From positions 1-53,596 of the forward strand of contig MNZT01000052.1 in NCBI GenBank assembly GCA_001873755.1: DNA of 53,596 nucleotides, written 5' to 3'. Origin of the DNA: Candidatus Wirthbacteria bacterium CG2_30_54_11. GTDB taxonomy: Bacteria; Patescibacteriota; CG2-30-54-11. Made by a program: the position numbers and the translations under genes. Positions 17,209 to 24,216 of this stretch are shown in pieces (positions within the stretch are counted from its first letter, which is position 1; every line of letters starts with the position of its first letter). A model generated the notes under the pieces. That model was not told where the DNA came from. It saw only the letters and a program-made list of their open reading frames with translations, and did not search any database.

Positions 17209-18030
17209 TCAGGCAGTCGAAGCAGCGGTGAGCTTCAGCCGGCTGGCCAGAAAAATGAGGTTCCCTGCCACCAAAGCCATCTCCGGAGAGGAGGCTATAC
17301 CGAATATGTGCACCTGCGGGATGAACAGCAGGCCGACCACGATGCCGTAGATGATCTGTGCTCTCCTGCGAGCGGGAGCATTTTTGGGGTCGGTGAGCAT
17401 GACAAATCCGAGGAAGAACAACGGGGAATGGAAGGCGAGATCAGAGAAAAAAGCCGAAAGGCTCATGCCCTGCAGCAGATAGGAAAGCATGATCCCTCCG
17501 GTCGAGGTGAGGAAAAAAGCGGTCACCATATCCTCCCGGCGAAATTTCCGGGCGATGAGGATGCCGCCGGCGATGACGAGCGGCACCATGGGACCGACTC
17601 CCACCCACCAGACCGCGGTTCGCGTACCGATGAAAGAAGCGATGACCGCCGCCAGCGCGACCGGGTTGAAGATATGACGTTTTCCCAGGGTCAGGATGTA
17701 CTTGGAAGCCATGGCGAGGATCGAGAGGACGACCAGGAACGAATACTCTCCGAAGCTCACCGCCGGCGGTGCGATCAAGGCGATGATGAGCGCGGCGATG
17801 GTGACCGCATCACGGTTCGAGCGGGCACCGGTCACGCTCACGCCGATCGCGTTCGCGATGAAACAGGAAACCAGGACGACCGCCATCGAGGACAGGATCG
17901 AAAACCCGCTGTACCCCATCCGGCCGGTCCATCCCAGCAGTACCGCGAGGATGCACAGATTCTCCAGGTAATAGAGGGTCAGTCTGTACAGCGGAATCTT
18001 TTTGATCAGGCGGTCGATCAGGTCAGTCAT
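17209..18030 (-). CDS. NqrB/RnfD-family polytopic membrane protein (stand-alone)
   Basis: HIFNPVALAAV and FVMLTDPKNAP resemble the NqrB/RnfD FNPA and DP.T.P blocks. About 8 TM helices. The ATG at 18030 overlaps the apbE stop (ATGACTGA), suggesting translational coupling. Confidence 0.6.
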   Translation of the reverse strand: MTDLIDRLIKKIPLYRLTLYYLENLCILAVLLGWTGRMGYSGFSILSSMAVVLVSCFIANAIGVSVTGARSNRDAVTIAALIIALIAPPAVSFGEYSFLVVLSILAMASKYILTLGKRHIFNPVALAAVIASFIGTRTAVWWVGVGPMVPLVIAGGILIARKFRREDMVTAFFLTSTGGIMLSYLLQGMSLSAFFSDLAFHSPLFFLGFVMLTDPKNAPARRRAQIIYGIVVGLLFIPQVHIFGIASSPEMALVAGNLIFLASRLKLTAASTA

Positions 18031-18769
18031 GGTCCACCACAAAGGCAGGGAAATTACTCGTCCAGGTCGCGATGCCGTCACGGTCGATCATGTACCCAGC
18101 CATGGCTGGTCGCTTTTCCAGAAAATCGAGTCCGGCCCGGCCCATGGCAAAACATGCGGTCGCGAAACGGTCGGCATGGAACACATTGGGCGCGATAACC
18201 GTCAGACTCACGATATCGCCGAGGGTCTCCCCTGCCACCGGATCTGCGATATGATCACCCCTCAAATAGGAACCTGAGGTCGCGACCCCCAGATCGCCCG
18301 GCTGCAGTACTTTGACGATCTGACCTGGGTGAAACGGATCACGGATGCCGATGGTCCAGGGTTTGCCTTCCGCATTGAAACCAAAAGACTGGAAGTCGCC
18401 GCCGGCCTCCACAGAAAAATTTTCGTATCCGACCTCCAGCAGCATGTGCGCCGCCCGGAAGATCGCCCAGCCCTTGACCAGGCCGGTAGGGTCAAAAATC
18501 CCATCCCGGTCGGCAAAAAAGAACCCGTCTGTCTCCTGACTGGTCCGCTGGCACCAGGTCGTAATTTTTTTGAAGTCGTCACTCCATTCATCTTCTTTCA
18601 GTTTGCCGGCATTGAACCGGGAGACCATGCTCGTGTCCCGAAACGGGCTGAACTGCTCATCAATCGACATGAAATAGGCAAAAAGCTGCTCAATATCATA
18701 TTCCCGGGCCTCCGGGTCGCAGATCTCCACCGTGATGGGTATATCCATGAGAATTCGCGTTTGTTTCAT
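18023..18769 (-). CDS. apbE: FAD:protein FMN transferase (ApbE/Ftp family)
   Basis: MDIPITVEI, FDPTGLVKGWA, GVATSGSYLRGDHIADPVAGE and ADRFATACFAMG match conserved ApbE blocks. Confidence 0.85.
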   Translation of the reverse strand: MKQTRILMDIPITVEICDPEAREYDIEQLFAYFMSIDEQFSPFRDTSMVSRFNAGKLKEDEWSDDFKKITTWCQRTSQETDGFFFADRDGIFDPTGLVKGWAIFRAAHMLLEVGYENFSVEAGGDFQSFGFNAEGKPWTIGIRDPFHPGQIVKVLQPGDLGVATSGSYLRGDHIADPVAGETLGDIVSLTVIAPNVFHADRFATACFAMGRAGLDFLEKRPAMAGYMIDRDGIATWTSNFPAFVVDHD

Positions 18770-19103
18770 AGGTGTCCCTTTTAATATTGATTAACTGCCT
18801 GACTGTACCAGGCGAGGACGAGGATCAGCGAGGTGACCGCTTTTTTTTCATATGCCGTATCCGTTTTGAGATCTTTTGGCCGGAAAGGCAACTGTACGGG
18901 TATATTCCAGCATGGATTTATGGATAGCGTATGAAGATGCCTGTACCCATGCTCCACATGTACGCTATGGTAGTATACACGAGAACGGTTTTTCTGACTT
19001 CCACGGAGAAGGTCGCATGATCGAAACGCTGGACCGCCCGGCAAAAAACCAAATGAGGACGAAGCCGTAGCGGGTTGAAAATGACATAGTAACTGTTAAC
19101 GTG

Positions 19104-19131
19104 CAAAGGGGGCGATCTGATGATCGCCCCC
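19104..19131 (-). terminator. Terminator hairpin after the four-helix-bundle gene
   Basis: GGGGGCGATC / GATCGCCCCC 10-bp stem (19108-19131) with a 4-nt loop. Only a short U-tract (UUU) on the minus strand. Confidence 0.55.
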
Positions 19132-19153
19132 TCCTGGTGTACGGACGACCCGG

Positions 19154-19555
19154 TCAGGCAGCGCTGGCTTCCACGACCTTCACTTCCGGGGCAGGACCCG
19201 CATGGTCCTCTTTCAGATGTTTGATGAGACCGGAGAGCATCTTTGCTATATCAGTGCAGGTCTCGTAGAGCGCGGTCCGCTGCTCGACACTGATACATCT
19301 GAGGTCCTCGGCCACATAGAGCGTGGACTTGTACTCGCCGCAGTAGCCGCGGGCGATGTACAGGAACCGGTCAAATTCATGCGAACCTTTGCGTTCGTAG
19401 CCTTTAGCGATATTGTTCAGGATAGTGAGCGAGTCCCTCTGGAGCTGGTCGCGGATACGGTCATCGACACAGGATACCAGCACAGTCGCCGTAGCGACGG
19501 TCAATTCCCTTGCTTTCTGCCAGACCTTCAGATCTTCGAACTGTGGATACGACAT
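19154..19555 (-). CDS. Four-helix-bundle protein (23S rRNA intervening-sequence protein / S23-like, PF05635 family)
   Basis: FEDLKVWQKARELT...QLQRDSLTILNNIAKGYERKGSHEFDRFLYIARGYCGEYKSTLYVA fits the family pattern (F.dL.vWqkA...Q..Ra..Si..NIAEG..R.s..ef..FL.iA.GS..E). RBS AAAGGAGAAT. Confidence 0.8.
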   Translation of the reverse strand: MSYPQFEDLKVWQKARELTVATATVLVSCVDDRIRDQLQRDSLTILNNIAKGYERKGSHEFDRFLYIARGYCGEYKSTLYVAEDLRCISVEQRTALYETCTDIAKMLSGLIKHLKEDHAGPAPEVKVVEASAA

Positions 19556-19691
19556 GGATTCTCCTTTGACACTGGATAAATAAACTGACTGAACAGTTAC
19601 TTTCTCTTATGTACGTTCGGTTTTTTTCATGTGGGGTGTGCCGGTGATGTCTTCCCTCTCTTAGATCATGAATACTGCGTAATTTACTCAT

Positions 19692-19735
19692 GGTATAACA
19701 GAACTGATTTCAGATGTCTTTGTACTGTAATACAA
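19692..19735 (-). promoter_or_regulatory. Copy 1 of the conserved 21-nt motif plus promoter (upstream of the four-helix-bundle gene)
   Basis: Minus strand: TTGTATTACAGTACAAAGACA (19735-19715). AAGACA acts as the -35, then a 17-nt spacer and TATACC as the -10 (19697-19692). Confidence 0.5.
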
Positions 19736-19875
19736 ATCTTTTTTAAATCAGTGGCCAGCCGCCCTCTGGGGCGACCGACTCAGCGAAGTCCGCCCCGGCC
19801 CAAAATCTGGACCAGGCCAAGGAGGCCGCAACGCTCCTGCTCACCCGCTATTAGTCTTTCTTGTTGCTGTTGGAA

Positions 19876-19911
19876 CAAAAAAACACCGCTCTGATCAGGG
19901 CGGTGTTTTTG
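19876..19911. terminator. Bidirectional intrinsic terminator
   Basis: AACACCGC / GCGGTGTT stem (19882-19907), flanked by an A-run (19876-19883) and a T-run (19906-19910). Confidence 0.7.
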
Positions 19912-19927
19912 GTGATAAAGTCTTTGG

Positions 19928-20023
19928 TTATGCCTTCTTCTCTTTCTTGGCTTTTCTCTTCTCTTTCAGAGTCTTCTGCGGTTTTTTCTTTGCATCTTTT
20001 TTGGGCGTGCTTTTTTCTTTCAC
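19928..20023 (-). CDS. Small highly basic Lys-rich protein (31 aa): MKEKSTPKKDAKKKPQKTLKEKRKAKKEKKA
   Basis: GTG start at 20023, 5 nt after a perfect AAGGAG (20034-20029). TAA at 19930-19928. The terminator lies 20 nt downstream. Not in the track (under 60 aa; the track shows a different frame). Confidence 0.5.
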   Translation of the reverse strand: MKEKSTPKKDAKKKPQKTLKEKRKAKKEKKA

Positions 20024-20192
20024 GTCTGCTCCTTTTGTAGGTTGATTTTCCGCACGAGTGCACTATACTGCCAATTGAACAAGAAATAAACACCCTTTGC
20101 CACGACCCGGTTTTTTGGTATGCTTTACCAGTCATCCTTGCAGGCTGCCCGCCTCGAGGACACGCGTTCCTCAGAAGGAACTCCTGAAGTGC

Positions 20193-20266
20193 TGGGAGAT
20201 CGTCCAATGGTAGGACAGCAGACTCTGAATCTGTTTATCGGGGTTCGAATCCCTGTCTCCCAACCA
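20193..20266 (+). tRNA. tRNA-Gln (anticodon CUG), CCA encoded
   Basis: Cloverleaf read by hand. Acceptor TGGGAGA/TCTCCCA. D arm GTCC-AATGGTA-GGAC. Anticodon arm GCAGA-CTCTGAA-TCTGT (anticodon CTG). T arm CGGGG-TTCGAAT-CCCTG. Discriminator A plus CCA. 74 nt. Confidence 0.9.
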
Positions 20267-20389
20267 TTCGACTCGCACAAGCTCGCTCATGGCTGTGGCC
20301 GGTTGACTAGATGTCAGTGCGAATCGAATGCCCTGAGCGAACCCTGAGTGAGGTCATCCGAATCGAAGGGAGAGTCGAAGGACTCATAT

Positions 20390-20411
20390 ACCCGCGTAGA
20401 GCGGGTTTTTT
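20390..20411 (+). terminator. Intrinsic terminator ending the tRNA-Gln transcript
   Basis: ACCCGC-GTAGA-GCGGGT followed by T6. Confidence 0.7.
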
Positions 20412-20425
20412 GTTGTCTAACGTGG

Positions 20426-21154
20426 TTATTCGGTCAAGACGCGTTCCCCGTCCGGGATAGTGCCGTCGAACTTCATCTGCCCGGCATTGAAGCTGACCGA
20501 CTTGACGGTGAAAGCCGGAACATCACGCATGATCCTCGTGGTCAAGATCTCCGCGAGTCCCGATACATCGAACTGTCCCAGCGGTACCGCGAGGCGGCCT
20601 ATCTCCAGTTTCTGTATCGTGTACGCGGGCTGATTGTCGGTGATCGTGGCGTTCGCCTTTAAATACACCGGCGGATCGGTCATTACGAGGTTGAGCGCTG
20701 ATTTTGCTTTGTCCACATCGCCGGATGCATAACCCATGGCTTCGGCAAATCCGTTGATGCGGCCCATGTCCAGTTTGGCCGAAAATTAGAGACTGCCGTC
20801 GTCTTTGATCCTGAGCTGAGGCGAAGAGATCGGCATATACTTCCATTCCGCAGCCGCCAGCCGGGCGGTGAGTTCTTCCTGGGTAAAACTCTTATTGACT
20901 GCGGTCTTTTTGTCCGTGAACACAAGGGTCTTGCCATCAGAAGCAGGCTCGGTCATCGTCTGAAAAGTACCGCCGATCTTCTGGTCAAAACTAGCCTTGT
21001 CCTGCGCGGTATAGGTGACCCCGAGATCCCGCGGCTTATCCGAGCCGAACACTGAGGACAGACCGGGCACAAACCCGAGATACCCGAGGACCAGGACAGC
21101 CCCGACCACGAGCAGAACGATGAGCGTTACCACCATCTTCATCAGTTTCTTCAT
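20426..21154 (-). pseudogene. Paralog of the 16258-17058 exported protein, interrupted by one in-frame TAA
   Basis: Track ORFs 20786-21235 and 20426-20767 are in the same frame and separated only by TAA (20788-20786). The stop aligns with a Glu of the intact paralog (DGSGEISGKIDKAKLKGFA vs DGSL*FSAKLDMGRINGFA). Start ATG at 21154 with RBS GAGGTAG. Confidence 0.7.
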
Positions 21155-21324
21155 GACCGCTACCTCGTTAGGGAAAACTGGGAGTATTCTACCCGATTCA
21201 GAGAGCGTTGAGAACACTTTGGCATCAAACATCAACCGCTGAGGTCAGACAACAGGACTTGACGGCAGGAGTGCACTATTTTATAATTTGAACCAAAGAT
21301 TAGAATAATTATAGTCTTTGGATC

Positions 21325-21912
21325 ATGAAGTACGAAAAGAAGCCTGTTTCCAGCCTCCTCAGATCGGATCGGACCGTTTTCTCCTTTCAGGACATCTGCC
21401 TCTTGTGGGGAACAACGGATGCTGATGCGGCGATCGCGGCGGTGAATTATTATGTCCGCAAGGGAGAGCTCGTCCGCCTCCGGCGCGGTATCTATGCCAA
21501 GGACGGAAATTATGACCGCAGAGAGCTCGCCAGCAGGATCTGCACCCCGTCCTATGTCAGCTTTGAAACCGTACTTGTATCACATGGTATTAATTTCCAA
21601 TACTATGGGCAGATATTTGTTGCCTCCTACCTGTCCCGGGAGATCATCGTGAACGGTCAGGTCTATATCTACCGCCGGATCAAGGACAGTGTCCTGATCG
21701 AACCAGCAGGTATCATCACCCAGAGAGGCAGTTCGACCGCAACTCCGGAACGGGCGTTCCTCGATATGATATACCTGAACAAGGAATACCATTTTGATAA
21801 CCTGAGTCCGCTCGACTGGGACCGGGTGTTCGAACTGCTCCCCCTGTACGACAACCAGCGTATGGCCCGTACCGTGAACACATATTACTCTGATCATCAG
21901 GCATCCAAATGA
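21325..21912 (+). CDS. AbiEi-family antitoxin (type IV toxin-antitoxin system)
   Basis: Architecture and motifs (ELVRLRRGIYA, TPSYVSFETVL, ATPERAFLDMIY) are typical of AbiEi. The 4-nt overlap (ATGA) with the next gene gives the canonical abiEi-abiEii pairing. Confidence 0.8.
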   Translation: MKYEKKPVSSLLRSDRTVFSFQDICLLWGTTDADAAIAAVNYYVRKGELVRLRRGIYAKDGNYDRRELASRICTPSYVSFETVLVSHGINFQYYGQIFVASYLSREIIVNGQVYIYRRIKDSVLIEPAGIITQRGSSTATPERAFLDMIYLNKEYHFDNLSPLDWDRVFELLPLYDNQRMARTVNTYYSDHQASK

Positions 21913-22610
21913 CGATACCCGCTCTTAACCCTGCCCGACACAAGACCTTATTGCTGCAAATCCTCAAAGACATCTATTCCGATGCATCCATTGCCTCCGT
22001 GCTGGGATTCAAAGGCGGGACCGCAGCTTTCCTGTTCTATGGGCTGGACCGTTTTTCCGTGGACATCGATCTGGATCTTCTGGATGGATCAAAGGAGGAC
22101 GCTGTATTCAAACGGGTGGAACAGATCGCCAGACAATACGGGACGGTCAGGGAGGTATCGCGCAAACGGTATACACTGCTTATCATCCTGTCTTATGAAA
22201 CTGGTGCCACCCAGGTTAAAATTGAAATCAACCGCAGAACATTCGGTTCGCACTACCACATATTGACCTATCTCGGCATATCCATGCAGGTCATGGTGCA
22301 GGAGGACATGTTCGCCCACAAGCTGATGGCCATGCACGAACGAATCGGCAAGACCAGCCGCGATATCTATGATGTCTGGTTCTTCCTGCGGCATACATGG
22401 GACATCAACCGGGAGATCGTTGAACAGCGTGCGGGCATGCCGTTCACAGACCTTGTACAGCGTTGTGTCGGTCAACTGGAGACAATGGCTGACCGCTCCA
22501 TCCTGAGCGGACTGGGAGAACTCCTGACTCCCGGCCAGAAGACATGGACAAAAACCAGACTCAAAGGCGACACGATATTCCTGCTCAGAGCACTGGCGGG
22601 GGAGAAGTGA
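21909..22610 (+). CDS. Nucleotidyltransferase AbiEii/AbiGii toxin family (DUF1814)
   Basis: GFKGGTAAFLFYGLDRFSVDIDLDL is the family's signature nucleotidyltransferase motif. Confidence 0.85.
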   Translation: MTIPALNPARHKTLLLQILKDIYSDASIASVLGFKGGTAAFLFYGLDRFSVDIDLDLLDGSKEDAVFKRVEQIARQYGTVREVSRKRYTLLIILSYETGATQVKIEINRRTFGSHYHILTYLGISMQVMVQEDMFAHKLMAMHERIGKTSRDIYDVWFFLRHTWDINREIVEQRAGMPFTDLVQRCVGQLETMADRSILSGLGELLTPGQKTWTKTRLKGDTIFLLRALAGEK

Positions 22611-22657
22611 TTGCAGGATGGGTGGGTGGTCTTTTCTATGTTGTCGGACGCACCCGT

Positions 22658-24055
22658 TCACCACGTCCCACAACGAGATATATCGAATACTTCTATTTCC
22701 CGAACCGCATCCTCCACTGGCATACCAGTGGAAGAGTAGATGTTTCCCGCCAGTAAACCACTGGTGCCCATACAGACTTCTTCTCCGTCGCGGTATCCCC
22801 GGAGCCTGACCGACCAGCCGTCAGGGATATGGACCGCAGCGGCATCCCCCTTCGCCGGAACGGCTTCGGAGGATACTTCGACAGGATTTACGGTATACAC
22901 TCCAGGCTCACTGGTATGGAAGTCCGGCTTACCGTTGCAGGCGCCGGCCGCGGCGAACTGGTCCGCGACCGCATTGGGCGGGTCGGGATAGATGACCACT
23001 TCCGGCTTTTGGCTGTGCACGAATTTACGATCCCGGTTCAGGTATTCTTTCGTCCGCAGACAGGTCGAGCACCAGTTCATCTCGCTCACAGAGATCTTGC
23101 CGGTATCCCAGAGCACCTGCTCCACTGAGGCCACATGACCCGGGCAGCCCTGCACATCATAGACAAAAATATCGCCCTCCCTCGGACAGTCGTCTACCAG
23201 GAATCCATCCATAAACGCCCAGTAATCCCAGTTGCAGGCATTGCCATGGCCGGGGTGATCGGCCGCTGCCGCCCCGACCTCAGGCCGCATGTAGGCTGCC
23301 CACCAGGTGCAGTTGCCGTAGTCGCCGGTGAAATTCTCGCTGCAGGACCAGTAGGGCACCTCACGGTCAGAGAACTGACTGCAGCAGCTGTTCTGCGCGG
23401 TCTCACTGTAGTCGCAGACGGTCGCAGGATCCGGCTCAGGCCCTGAGTCCGTCGAAGGATGACAGGCCGGCTCGTCGTGCACCGCGAACTGCTCGGGCAG
23501 GGAAGTCACTGTGGACATGGGCCCGGGATAAAAGCGGATAAGCGCTTCTCGAAAATCAGTCTCGGAACCGGTCGCCCAGACCAGATAGTTCCGGTCTGCT
23601 CCTGCTATGTACGCAGAATACGACAGCGCTGTTTCGCAGTACTTCGTCACGATGGCCTCCTGTCCGCCGATCAGGGTGCGACCAGGCTCCACGAAGTCAA
23701 AATTATCGAACCAGGCGCTCTGGGTGGAGCGGATCCAGTCGATCAGAGATACGCTTCCGTCCCGTGGCAGGGCATAGATATTGATGGTGCTAGCAGGGCT
23801 CGTGAGCAACAGACGGGTCGTTTCTTCTTCGCTCCCGGGACGGAGCTTCCAGGTGTCAGGATAGTCGAGCACGAACCCTGCCCCTGTATAGCGAGTAAGT
23901 CCTGCTTCCAGCGGGATAGCGGAGAAGTCGGGCGCGGCGACCGGTTCTGCTTCGTCGACAGTGGCGACTTCGCGTTCTGGTCCGGTGGTGCGGAGAGGGA
24001 GCGCGGTCAGGGCAAGGGCGAGGAGGAAGAGGAGGAGGGGGAGTTTGCGAAGCAT
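22658..24055 (-). CDS. Secreted CHAP-domain peptidoglycan hydrolase with Cys-rich linker
   Basis: Signal peptide MLRKLPLLLFLLALALTALPL. CHAP Cys block GNCTWWAAYMRPEVG and His block GDIFVYDVQGCPGHVASVEQV. Confidence 0.75.
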   Translation of the reverse strand: MLRKLPLLLFLLALALTALPLRTTGPEREVATVDEAEPVAAPDFSAIPLEAGLTRYTGAGFVLDYPDTWKLRPGSEEETTRLLLTSPASTINIYALPRDGSVSLIDWIRSTQSAWFDNFDFVEPGRTLIGGQEAIVTKYCETALSYSAYIAGADRNYLVWATGSETDFREALIRFYPGPMSTVTSLPEQFAVHDEPACHPSTDSGPEPDPATVCDYSETAQNSCCSQFSDREVPYWSCSENFTGDYGNCTWWAAYMRPEVGAAAADHPGHGNACNWDYWAFMDGFLVDDCPREGDIFVYDVQGCPGHVASVEQVLWDTGKISVSEMNWCSTCLRTKEYLNRDRKFVHSQKPEVVIYPDPPNAVADQFAAAGACNGKPDFHTSEPGVYTVNPVEVSSEAVPAKGDAAAVHIPDGWSVRLRGYRDGEEVCMGTSGLLAGNIYSSTGMPVEDAVREIEVFDISRCGTW

Positions 24056-24216
24056 GGGAGAGGGGAACCATAGGATCAGACAAGCAGATCATAAACCTTT
24101 AATAGCAGGAAGGAAAAGGATTACCAGATCGCCTACGGCGTCATTTGCCGGGCAGAGAAGTAAAAGCCTATAATGACCACGAGGTCAAAGCATCCAATCA
24201 TCTTTGAGGATTTCAA

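Noticed and set aside
19154-19555. The four-helix-bundle protein as an Avd-like accessory factor of a diversity-generating retroelement.
   Set aside because: No reverse transcriptase ORF and no template/variable repeat pair are detectable anywhere in the window.
19745-19880. A GC-rich, hairpin-rich segment between the motif and the bidirectional terminator, considered as an SRP (4.5S) RNA or other ncRNA.
   Set aside because: I could not find the conserved SRP domain IV features (GGAA-type tetraloop flanked by the symmetric loop) or any other recognisable RNA family signature. It remains unassigned.
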